Shown piece by piece: positions 12,262-22,973 of a DNA stretch of 46,529 nt; the first letter of the stretch is position 1; the number at the start of each line of letters is the position of its first letter. The stretch lies in assembly GCF_001194135.2 (NCBI RefSeq), contig NC_068990.1:38560655-38607183 (forward strand), read 5' to 3'. The notes below the pieces were generated by a model. It saw only the letters and a program-made list of their open reading frames with translations, searched no databases and was not told the origin of the DNA. The translations under genes and the position numbers were made by a program. The stretch comes from Octopus bimaculoides (Eukaryota).

Positions 12262-12482
12262 TAAATAAATGCATTAGACACAGTTAATCATATATCTGTG
12301 TGTATGTAAGTATATGTATATATATATATATGTGTGTGTGCGCGTGTGCCTGTGTTTGTGTGTGTGTGCGGGGGAGAGAGAAAGAGATAGATAGATATCT
12401 AGTATTTATTCTAACAGTTTCACACACACATGCATACACGCACTCACACTCATACACACACACACACACACACACACACTCA

Positions 12483-12514
<32 letters not shown>

Positions 12515-12674
12515 CGACGGGTTGCTTTCAGTTTCCGTCTACCAAATCCACTCATAAGGCTTTGATCGACCAGAAACTACAGCAGAAGACACTTGCTCAA
12601 GATTGCACGCAGTGGGATTGAACTCGGAGCCATGTGGTTAGGAAGCAAGCTTGTTACCACACATCCATGTCTGC
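12515..12674 (-). mobile_element. tRNA-derived CORE-type SINE (third family)
   Basis: The minus strand resembles the octopus SINE GCAGGCATGGCTGTGTGGTAAGAAGCTTGCTTCCCAACC...CTTGGGCAAGTGTCTTCT...GATTTGGTAGACGGAAACTGAAAG and ends at a (TA)/(TG) tail. Confidence 0.85.
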
Positions 12675-12961
12675 GGATATATAGACATATGTATGTATGT
12701 ATGTATGAGATACATACACGCAGGTCTTGGGGGAGTAATAATAAAACCATGCTTCATTAAACTACATAATATACGTTAGAAGACAACAAGCAGCGGCAGG
12801 TAAATTTTTATCAGGAACCGCATTGTAAGAATGCCAATAGCACATAGGCAAAGGTGACCTGACTGACCTAAATACGAGTAATTAATGAGTAAATCAATCA
12901 ATGAAATTATACGATAATTTGTAAAGCTCATCATCATTAATGTAGTGTTTATTATGCGAAA

Positions 12962-13002
<41 letters not shown>

Positions 13003-13012
13003 NNNNNNNNNN

Positions 13013-13057
<45 letters not shown>

Positions 13058-13807
13058 ACTGTGTATATAGGAATGTGTTACAGTGTGTTGATGAAAATAA
13101 TAATTAAGGAAATACATATAAGATTATGTGGTTAACTTAATTGTAACAATATTATATTTATGAGGTACGGAACAAAAGTTCTCTTTTGACGCATACATAG
13201 ACGTGCGTGTGAGCACTACACACAGACCCACAGACAAAAGTTTCACACGCACGCACATACACACGCGCGCTTGCAGGCACCCTCCCCACAAACACACACA
13301 TGCACACGCATGCATACACACACACTGAACACACCCGTGCCTCATATACATATATAATAATAACGTGACCACAAACAGTCCTTAATAGATAGTTTGATCT
13401 GGTAGATAGAGAAATCAAAATACCTTCAAATTGCAACCTTGAAGTGCTGCATCATATTGGATGATGTAACTTTAGCAAGTATATCTAAAAGTCAAAGTTC
13501 CAATGTTTACAGTTCGAATCACATTTCTATTTGATCATAGTTCTCGGGATTAAATTATGACTTGGTAAAAAGGATTATATTTATATATACATATATACAT
13601 ATAGGACAATTTTATTTTGCGGTTTGAAAATACACCTGAATTTGAAAAACGTGTAGTTATTTTTTAAATAAATTTATTCACATACATACCAAACTAGTTT
13701 CAACATTTTTTTGTTTATCAGTGGCACAAATATATTTAAGACAAAAGGATTTTAACAGAGTTAAATGTTCACATAAAATTGAATAAGCTTCACAGGGATA
13801 GATAATC

Positions 13808-13971
13808 TTTTCTACTCTAGGCACAAGGTCCGAAATTTTGGGAGAGTGGGGGTCCAGTCGATTACATCAACGCCAGTACGCAACTGGTACTTATTTTATC
13901 AACCTCGAAAGGATGAAAGGCAAAGTCGAGCTCGGCGTAATTTGAAGTCAGAACGTAAACAGACGAAATAC
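13808..13971 (-). mobile_element. SINE (same family as 2997-3223), 5' part interrupted
   Basis: Reverse complement of the B-box and AAATAAGTACCAGTTGCGTACTGG core. Abuts the next copy. Confidence 0.85.
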
Positions 13972-14176
13972 CTATTTCGTTATTGCCCACAAAGGGCTAA
14001 ACATAGAGGGAACAAACAAGAACAGACGAACGGATTAGGTCGATTACATCGACCCCAGTGCGTAACTGGTACTTAATTTATCGACCCCGAAAGGATGAAA
14101 GGCAAAGTCGAACTCAGCGGAATTTGAACTCAGAACGTAACGGCAGACGAAATACCGCTTAGCATTTCGCCAGCTT
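13972..14176 (-). mobile_element. SINE (same family as 2997-3223), nested or tandem in the previous copy
   Basis: High similarity to 2997-3223 on the opposite strand, with a short deletion in the head region. Confidence 0.88.
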
Positions 14177-14399
14177 GTCACCTTACAGGCATAGATAATA
14201 TCAAAGTAAATGTCGACGAAGAATATAACAAAAGCACATTATTGAAAGTTTGGTCATATTGATGTTTTATAGAATACGTGGGCAAGAGAGAAGGGAAAAA
14301 GGGAAGAGATTAAGAAACATTTTTTTTTTTTTACAATTTCTGTCGTTTACATGCATACCTCTGTACATACCCATTTATCTTTTGTTTTTTCTCTTACTT

Positions 14400-14590
14400 G
14401 TTTCAGTCATTAGACTGCGGCCATGCTCGAACATGGAGAATTTTTAGTCGAATGGATCGACCTCAGCACATACTTCAAAGCTTGGTACATATTCTGTCGG
14501 TTCCTCCAACGAACCGCTAGATTACAGGGACGTAAACAATCAACGGTTGTCAAGCGGTGTGAAGTGACAAGCACAGACACAAAGAAACAC
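14400..14590 (-). mobile_element. CORE-type SINE body, no tRNA head
   Basis: GACTGCGGCCATGCT...GGGACGTAAACA..CGGTTGTCAAGCGG...GACACAAAGAAACACACAC matches a common octopus SINE in reverse orientation. Confidence 0.75.
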
Positions 14591-15949
14591 ACACGCACAT
14601 ATAATCCTTATATATATATATATNNNNNNNNNNNNNNNNNNNNNNNNNNNNNNNNNNNNNNNNNNNNNNNNNNNNNNNNNNNNNNNNNNNNNNNNNNNNN
14701 NNNNNNNNNNNNNNNNNNNNNNNNNNNNNNNNNNNNNNNNNNNNNNNNNNNNNNNNNNNNNNNNNNNNNNNNNNNNNNNNNNNNNNNNNNNNNNNNNNNN
14801 NNNNNNNNNNNNNNNNNNNNNNNNNNNNNNNNNNNNNNNNNNNNNNNNNNNNNNNNNNNNNNNGTGTGTATATATACATAAATATATATATACACACATT
14901 CTTTCCATGTATGCATTTACGTATGTATATGTGTATGTATGTATATATTCATTCATATACGCGCGCAGTTAAATATGTTCTTGTCTATGTTGGTTACAGT
15001 GCTGGTACTACCTTCTGATTACATCAGTTGGTCATTTCCACCCAATGACCTATTTCACCCTGGATTATATTCTATCAATTGGTATTTTATCGATTGGCTA
15101 AGATGTTTTTGCATTATTTATCGTTTTGTTCTGGAAGAATATGTCATGTAACTACATAGCCCCTCCAGATTGATTCCCCTCCAGATTGATGTGCTCAAGA
15201 TATTGCCAGTCAACGATGGCAGAAAGAAAAATGCAGAACGACTACGTTCTTAAAAGGAAGGACAGGGCAGAGTACTTCGGACCCGAGAATAGACCTGCTT
15301 CTGCATAATAAAACGTGGAGATATATATTGGAATTGTCTGAGTAACTGTGGTGCAATATCAATGAAATTCCGAAATGCAGTGGGCGTAGAATTAATGACT
15401 TGTAAATCAGAGAGAAGGTAAGTCTGTGGTCGAGCTCTTAGAGAGCATTAGTGAGTGAGTGTATTCCTTTCTCTTCGTTAATGGTTCTTTGGATGTGAAT
15501 CCAGCTATCTTTGTATTTCAGCAGAAATGTCTCAAATATAGGAGCAGTATTTTGTGTGACTGTCATCTGAGCCTTATAGATGTTAATTAGTTTTGGTAAG
15601 TGTTGGAATTTGTTCACGACTGTGTAGGAAAACCTGGTTTTGCGATGCAGTGTTAACTCATGTGAGGATCCATGTTCGTCACAAGATATCCGCAGTACAG
15701 AGTTGTCTTCTAACATATGTTTTCTTTGGTATAACGTGTTACAAGCAGTTACTTTTGAACTCTAAGTAGAAAAATGCACAGAAAGTTTGTTCTTTTTGCT
15801 ACATAAGCAAGGAATATCAAGTGTCCGGCAACGGGAGAATGTTTTTCGAGTTTTCTCAACAACGACGGAGTAAAGATTAGGCAGATAGTCAGATTATGTG
15901 GTTTATGGTGAAATGTGAAAGATTTTGGAGATATGAAGGGTAGTTCGTG

Positions 15950-16021
<72 letters not shown>

Positions 16022-16049
16022 CATGCGTGTGTGTGTATAAAAGATACGG

Positions 16050-16148
16050 TCATGACCAGGGGATCGCACCTAAGGAACACAGCACACACCCCGGTCCGGG
16101 AATCGAACTCACTCTTTCATGATCCCGATGCTCTAAACACTGAGCCAT
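16050..16148 (-). mobile_element. Internally deleted CORE-SINE fragment
   Basis: Both ends match the 8608-8944 family (ATGACCAGGGGATCGCACCTA and CCGGGAATCGAACTC...CTCTAAACACTGAGCCAT). Confidence 0.65.
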
Positions 16149-16644
16149 ATATATGTGCTTGCATACATATTTATGTGTGTTTATGTGTGTGGACATGTAT
16201 ATTTTATGTGTCAAGCTCTACGGAGATTAGTGTCATTATCTACATAGTGATGGACCTGTTTATGTGATGGTATGATGGTATATTGCTTTAAAAAGTAAGA
16301 TTGTGCGGTTCACAGATTTCTCGCCACACGTCCTGATGATATGATCTAGCTGGAAGCAATTCAAAGTGAATATATGGAGCCGATATACGTGCAGTTTAAC
16401 CAGAAGATTTGTATGGTAGCTACAGTAAAAATCATCGCCGGCGTTGAAAGAAGCAATAGTTTTTGTGATATGGGCATGGGAGCTAAATGCATGAAATCAT
16501 TTTTGACGGATGTGGTATACACTTTAGAAGAAGGATACCATTCTGCTATTGATAACCTGATTCAAGTGATCAGCGCTTCTGTTGTAACTGGTGATTGCCA
16601 AATAAATAAGAATTTGTTTGCCACGTGATGTTTATAAAGCACTT

Positions 16645-16878
16645 GGGTGAGATGTTAAGGTATCGGACTTGTGATCGTAAGATTGTGGTTTCGATTCTTG
16701 GATTGGGCGATGTGTTGTGTTCTTGAGCAAAACACTTCTTTTCACGTTGCTCCAACTTACTCTGCTGGCAATAATGAATATTCCTGCGATAGATTGTCAT
16801 CCTGTTCATCGGGGATAATATGTGCCACAGAAACCGGGAAAACGGCCCAATTGGTTTGGAAACGTCCGAAAGGACTTG
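16645..16878 (+). mobile_element. tRNA-derived CORE-type SINE
   Basis: Degenerate tRNA head with GGTTTCGATTC, CORE TGTTGTGTTCTTGAGCAAAACACTT and tail GCCACAGAAACCGGGAAAAC. Confidence 0.8.
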
Positions 16879-17348
16879 CATGAGCTGTGAAGGAAATGCA
16901 AGTCATATCTGATTTTGAGCATAGTTGAAATATTTGAGGCTCTGAAGAGAAAGCTAATTTGTTTATGTGAATGTGGCGTACGTGCTGATTTCAGAATTCT
17001 TCATACGCATCGTAGCCATGAGAGATAATGAGAAATTTTGTAGAATATATCCTAGAAAATTATATGACAGGGTTAGGTATCTGGTCACTCTTTATTAAAG
17101 CTTTTCTGAGGAAAGTTAACGAGAATCAGACATAGTATAAATGTAGTTGTTTGGAATCAAAAGTATTTTATTTATTCTCAAAAAGAATATTGTGGAAGGA
17201 TTACATACAAGTACTTGAGACAGACTACAGGTTTTTCAATGTAGTAAATAAGGAAACCTAAAGGTGATAGTATACGTCGGCAATGCTTAAGACCGAAGAT
17301 TTTGCAGACGACTTCAATAAATTTCACTCCTTATGACACTACAAGTTA

Positions 17349-17735
17349 GGGAATTCATCTTCCGCCCCACTTATGACGTGAATACGCCATTGTAATTTTG
17401 AGAACACGAAGAACACGGTGTCGACAAAATCCCGACCTATAAAAGGGGAGAAAAATGGACTATTTAGGTGGACTATTCATCTGGGAAATATATGTACATT
17501 CCGAAGTATGCTTTGCGAATATGTAATTTTTGATTGTGCATATTTGTCTTGTGTGCTTATCCTGAAAGCACCAAATGTTTACAGGTAGGTTTTCTTTTTT
17601 TTTTTATTGATGATATGATAATGATGAGCGATGAGAGATGACACAATGATAATACCAGATAAACTACTTTTGCGCAATCAAATAACACCCGAATATACTG
17701 CAGTAAAAAAAAAAAGCTTAATTAAAAATTTTCAG
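17349..17735 (+). promoter_or_regulatory. Candidate Pol II promoter plus first exon and first intron of an unidentified transcript
   Basis: GC box CCGCCC 17362, CRE-like TGACGTGA 17374, TATAAAAG 17438-17445, donor ACAG|GTAGGT at 17585, CTTAAT branch-like motif and TTTTCAG| acceptor ending 17735. Motif evidence only. Confidence 0.3.
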
Positions 17736-18799
17736 GTTGAAGCTATTTGATGCAGATGGACTATCGATATTAACGTTCGAACTTATTGTAACAAAAACTT
17801 CCTGGACAATCGAGAAAATGAAATAAAGTGAATAGAATATAAGCAGAGAAACGCTGTATCTAAGGATTTAAACAAGTGGTCAATATAACTGAGTCTTCTA
17901 AAAGTTATCTTTTTATATCTCTTCAATTAAGATACACGTTCTCGTTTTATATATTCTTGTTTGTCGACGTACAAATGAACAAGAAGGGAGAGGTTTTTGG
18001 GAGAGACTTTTTTCTGATATATGTGTGTGTCTATGTGCGTCTGTGTGCATATATATTAATATATATATACATATACATATATATATGCACATATAGGCAT
18101 ATGCATATACATACATACATACATATATATATATATGTGTGTGTGTGTGTGCGCGTGCGTATATATATATATATATATATGCACATATAGGCATAGACAC
18201 AGACTCTCTCTCTCACAAACACAGACACACACACACATACACAAAAACACTCACAGCACACACAAGCACGCGTAGATAACGTCATATGCGATACGGACAC
18301 GAAGCGAAAACCGTACCCATACTTTTCCCAAACCAAACCCTCGTCCTCAATGGTGCTAACGAAAGTTAAAAATATGCCAACTAAACATTTTAGTAATTGA
18401 GTTGCGGCCTTAGCAAAATAGCAATAGACTTCAACATAAGTTTAGATAAATGTTCCAATATTGATTAGGTCTCGGCTAGAAACACATGCAGAGATGATCA
18501 ATAAAGTATTACTAAGTTCATTTTACCCAAGGGAATGGATCGATGCAATTTTAATCTATCATCTGACACTCGGATTTTTGTTCGATATATACGTGAGTAT
18601 ATGTGTGAGACTAGTATTCTTCTTGCATTTATGTTTGTATTTGTGTTTGTATATACGTTTTTATTTGCGACTGTGTGAGCATCTGTTGAATGTGTTAATA
18701 TATATGCATACCTAAATACAGACATATATGTGTATGTGTGTGTATGCTTACGTATATATATGTATATAGTTACGAACACACATACATGTTTACATACAT

Positions 18800-18859
<60 letters not shown>

Positions 18860-19491
18860 GAAATCAATAGATATAAACAGTTATACGCATTTCTTTGCTT
18901 TTCTCTGTTTTCCCTGTATTTCTTTTTTTTTTTTTTGTACGCGTTCGTATATCTTGCATTTATACATGGACACAAAGACGAATATAGACATAATAATATG
19001 TCTGTATAGATGTGAGGAGGCATCATTTTTTAAAGATGGTTTGTCAGTGTTTTGGTTGTTGCTGGTTATAAAAATAATGTCGGAAAGAAAATTGAATGCA
19101 TTAATCTCTTTTGATCCAACAGATTTTCTCATTTTCCTAGAATTTTCGATAAGACGCTTCCATTTTTAAATATAGTTTCTTTACTTTTTGGAACAAAGGA
19201 GTAAACATAAATGACATATTTCTAGATTCCAAAGATTGCAGCTATATAGATCGCGTGCGTGTGACTGTTACAATGAGCAAATAAATGATTTTACTCTTCA
19301 TATAAGGTGAAAAAAGGCACTGTCACTAACCTTTGCGGTATCTTCAAGAAGGGTCAAGCTCAATGCATTGTACTCGATTTGTGTAGCTTCTCCATAAATA
19401 TCTGTTCTAATGTATGTTGAGCTGTTATGACAATACATACACATATTACGTATATAAATATATGTGAGTATAAATATATATTTGTATATAT

Positions 19492-20223
19492 ATCGTGAAG
19501 TATATTTGCCACCTAAATGTTTCGGTTCCATAGGGTACGATGCAACCGTTATTTATAGCCCCAGGAAGAAATTTCCTCCAACTGGCTAACGACACACTGT
19601 CTGTGTCTGATTAGTATTTGCGAAGTGAAAAACATCGTTCTCATCTCTAACCTTACGAGATACACACAGACGCGGGTTTTGGGATTGTATCCCGTCATCA
19701 GTGTGTGATAATCACCAGCTAGCAACGAGAACTCATTCCAAATGCAAAATACTACATGTTTGTCAAGTGACAAAATGTCGCTGTTCTCGAAAAAGGAGAA
19801 ACAAGCAATATTAAATCTCTGAGTGAGAAGTATACAGTAGCAGCACGGAATCGTGAAGTATATTTACCACCTAAATGTGGCAGTCTCATAGGGGACGAAG
19901 CTACTGTTGTTTATAGCCCAGGTGCACATCTCCTTCAGCTCGCTAACTACACACTGTCTGTGTCTGATTAGTGTTTGCTCAGAGATATGATATTGCTTGT
20001 TTCTGCTTTTTCGATATCAGTGACAGTTTGTCACTGGAAAAAAGCTTATAGAATTTTGCGTTGAGAATGAGTTCTCACCGCTAGCTGGTGATCATCTTAC
20101 ACTGGGTCTGTGTGTATTACGTAAGGCTAGAAATGGGAACAATAATTTCCCTTCACAAATACTAATCAGACACAGACAGTGTGTCATTAGCCAACTGGAA
20201 GAGATGTCCTCCTATAAACAACA
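19492..20223. mobile_element. Three copies of a ~330 bp hammerhead-bearing non-coding repeat (retrozyme or Penelope pLTR-like)
   Basis: Copy A 19492-19823 and partial copy B 19850-19977 are direct repeats. Copy C 19978-20223 is inverted and begins at the same CTCAGAGAT terminus as A. Confidence 0.85.
19663..19707 (-). ncRNA. Type I minimal hammerhead ribozyme, G12A-mutated copy
   Basis: Minus strand: cacaca CUGAUGA c gggau aca auccc AAAA c ccgc g UC ugugug. Stem I is 6 bp, stem II 5 bp, stem III 2 bp. GAAA reads AAAA. Confidence 0.8.
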
Positions 20224-20227
20224 ATAT

Positions 20228-20570
20228 TATGCATATATAAAAGCAAGTTGTCTGTTTATTTGTCTGCTTTAAACAAACTCTTCCTATGGTTCCAAAGGGG
20301 ACAAGAGCTGATGAAGTAAATGTCTGCATAAAGTCGTCCTAACTATGGAGCAGTGTGCAAAAGCTAAGACTCGCAACCAACATCAGAGTGCAGCTCAGTG
20401 TTGATGATGCAGACAGAACCTTTTCAAAGCAACTGTTGGTCGTCGATAATGGCACTTCGGTTGATGAGAAGCATGGCCGGGTAAGCTTGCCTTTTGGACA
20501 TATGGTATCTTGTTTAAAGGAACTAATAAGGTGATTCCTAACCTGAGGAAATCAGTTTACAGACCACAAT
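20228..20570 (+). mobile_element. Helitron PIF1-helicase fragment (internally deleted element)
   Basis: From 20271: KQTLPMVPKGTRADEVNVCIKSS*LWSSVQKLRLATNIRVQL...FSKQLLVVDNG, matching the Helitron RQTLPV.PRGT.ADEVNACIKSS.LW...TNMRV...FSKQLL..GNG segment. Preceded by a possible 5' terminus TATGCATATATAAAAGCAAGTTGTCTGT. Confidence 0.85.
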
Positions 20571-21320
20571 TCAAACAATGAAAGAGTTCAAACACCTTCC
20601 AAAAGAACGTACTCTATAAAATACTAATTTAAAAATCTATAAAATCCACAAGAAACGTATAAAATCTATAAATTCTATAAAATACTAATCTCAAAATTTA
20701 ATTAGACATGCAATTACATTACTGGTTTTAGTAAATATGTATAGGAACTGAAATCTAAAAGCATTAAGTACAATTGAAATTGGGGGATAGTGTTTAAGGC
20801 GAAATCGTATCGAATAGGTAGTAAGCTTTGCTTATTATGTACTAATGAATTTAAGGAGATATTATTAACTAATAATAAGAAGTTAATTAATTCACAAGAT
20901 GAACGTAAAATTAAATGTAGACATAAGTTAAATTAGTTATATAATAAATGTAGATAATGTTTATTATTTTTAAATGCTTTCATTTCATTTATTGTACTAA
21001 CAAGAGTTTTTCTAGATGTATTGATATTTTTATTAATCATGTGGTAAGATACGTAATTTGAATTTTTATTTTATTTTATTATAGACCTGAAGAGTGGCTA
21101 TATTTTGAGCAGAATTAATGTAGTCACGAAATGCGCGCAGTCAACCTATTACATTTTATTTTATCAATGTAATTTCATGTCTAATTAAATGTCTAGATTA
21201 GTATTTTATATTTTTTATAGATTTTATACGTTTCTTGTGGATTTTATAGATTTTTAAATTTGTATTTTATAGAGAACGTTTTTCCGAAAGGTGATTGGAC
21301 TTTTTCACTGTTTGAATTGT
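20566..21320 (+). mobile_element. Penelope-like element 3' end with inverted pLTR copy
   Basis: 20721-20936 encodes TGFSKYV*ELKSKSIKYN*NWGIVFKAKSYRIGSKLCLLCTNEFKEIL...LINSQDERKIKCRHKLN*, the GIY-YIG C-terminal segment (W.I..KAK.Y..GSK.C.LC..E...CRH). 20566-20720 is the reverse complement of 21166-21320. Confidence 0.85.
21084..21142 (+). ncRNA. Type I minimal hammerhead ribozyme (degenerate cleavage triplet) in Penelope pLTR
   Basis: gac CUGAAGA guggcua [20 nt] uagucac GAAA ugcgcg ca guc. Stem II is 7 bp, the stem III region UGCGCGCA is palindromic, and stem I is gac/guc. U16.1 appears mutated to C. Confidence 0.78.
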
Positions 21321-21484
21321 ATATTGGTGGTTCTTCTCTAAATCATATTTATATACATATATTATATATTATGAAATTCAATTTGGGATTACTAAATTGA
21401 ATATTCTTGTAAGTTTGGAATTATACATTCCCTAATATTTATATTATTATTACATATATATATATAATTTACCATAAACACATA

Positions 21485-22500
21485 GGAGGGGGTACCAAGA
21501 AATTATGGAATTTTGTAATATTATTTTCTAGTCGAAACAGTCCCGAAACGCTTGCTAAGAGAAGCCTTTTTAACGCCTTCAAACTTTTTTTTACCTCTTC
21601 CACATCTGCGAAGCATTTTCCTTTAAGGAAAATTTGTAAGGACATTTCTCATTTGGAGAGCTAGACTGGGTGAATAGGAAGGTGGGTAAGCGGAGTAATA
21701 CCATTGTTAGTCGAAGACTGTCTCACATTCAAGGCGGTATATGCAGGCGCAGGAAACCACCAATCTCCACTTTATCACAGGTCGGGGCATTTCCGTCTCA
21801 CCGCGTCTCGGAAATGCTTCAGAACTGCCTAGTAAAATGTCTGATTAACAGACAAATTCTGAGTGGACAATTCCTTTTGCATCGTTGAAACAAATCACTT
21901 GATGAGCTTTATTGAGGGTGTGGCAATATTGAATGCTTCGATTGACTTTATTACTGATTGGGTTCCAGGTTGTAGCGGTAACGCCAGCTTTCGCCACGAG
22001 TGATGATATTTGAATAAAGGTCCGGATCATCTTCCAACTGTGCTCTCAGTTCAAGACAAGCATTCAGTTGTGATTGCTCTTGATGTTCCTTGAGCAAGCA
22101 AGGTACACATTTTGCTGCAAATCCTTTCATTCGCAATCCCTCGCTCAAAGTTCGTTGTCAGAAGTTCTAGAACACACCAGTCATATCGACGAGTGTGTTA
22201 ATTATTCAGCGACATCCTCCAAGATCAGTTCTTGAATTTTCGTGATGTTTTCGTTCGTTTGGGAGGTCGACGGTTGCCCTAAAAGAGAGTGGTCTTCAAG
22301 CGGCAAGTTACCTTTCCTGAACTGTGAAAATCATTTGTAGACTTGTGTTTTGCTCATGGCTGCGTTCTCGTAACCAATTTGAAGCAGGACAACTGTTTCG
22401 GCTGCCGTTTTACCAGTAGAAAACACAATTTCACGGAAGCATGTTGTTCCTTTTTTCAGCCATTCGCTAAAATCGACGAACACGGGAGAAGCACTGCAAA
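21485..22500 (-). mobile_element. Decayed mariner-family transposon
   Basis: TA followed by TIR-like GGAGGGGGTACC at 21483-21496. Minus-strand motifs GKTAAETV..LQIGYENAAMSKTQVYK*F, AAKCVPCLL (WVPHEL), IITRGESW (ITGDESW), DAVRRKCPDL, PSYSPSLA (YSPDLA), LKGKCFADVEEV. No second TIR found. Confidence 0.9.
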
Positions 22501-22888
22501 ATAAAACACACCATGTGATAGTACGATAGAACGAAAATTGTTCCTCCGTGCAAAGAGGACAGAATGATTTCCCTTTGTCATAAGGAAAGGATATAGATAG
22601 AAAATTTCAAGTCTAAAGAAAAAACCTTGTTAGAGCCTTTAAGGTGCTAGATTAGTTTACTAAGCCCTGTGGAATTACACTTACGATTGTCTTTGGAGGT
22701 ATAGAAATGGTTAGCCATTCTAGATTTCAGCTCCGTGGAGGATAACACTATATAAAAATATTTCTTGCTACCAGAGGTAATCTTGCACGTGTACGTGTTT
22801 GCATATAAATATATATATATACGTCACATTTTCTGGGGCTTCATATAAATGTTAAAGTGCCTGTTTGATGAGTACTGTTATTTATATC

Positions 22889-22973
22889 CTCTCTGAAGAG
22901 ATTGATGAATAACCGATCATTATTCAGCCTGTTGTATGTAATTTCGATTCATCCATCGAAACAAATGTAGGAG
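22889..22973 (+). ncRNA. Type I hammerhead ribozyme with intact catalytic core
   Basis: cucu CUGAAGA gauugaugaau [36 nt] auucauccauc GAAA c aaau g UA ggag. Stem II is 10/11 bp, stem III is C-G plus A-U, the triplet is GUA and stem I is 4 bp. Predicted cleavage is after 22969. Confidence 0.82.

Noticed and set aside
15200-15730. Possible LINE or DNA-transposon remnant (92 aa minus ORF)
   Set aside because: It looks coding-like, but I could not identify a diagnostic motif on either strand. A profile search is needed.
16374-16628. 84 aa Cys-containing ORF as a host exon
   Set aside because: No recognisable domain, the nearest acceptor hits stops in all three frames, and it is flanked by SINEs.
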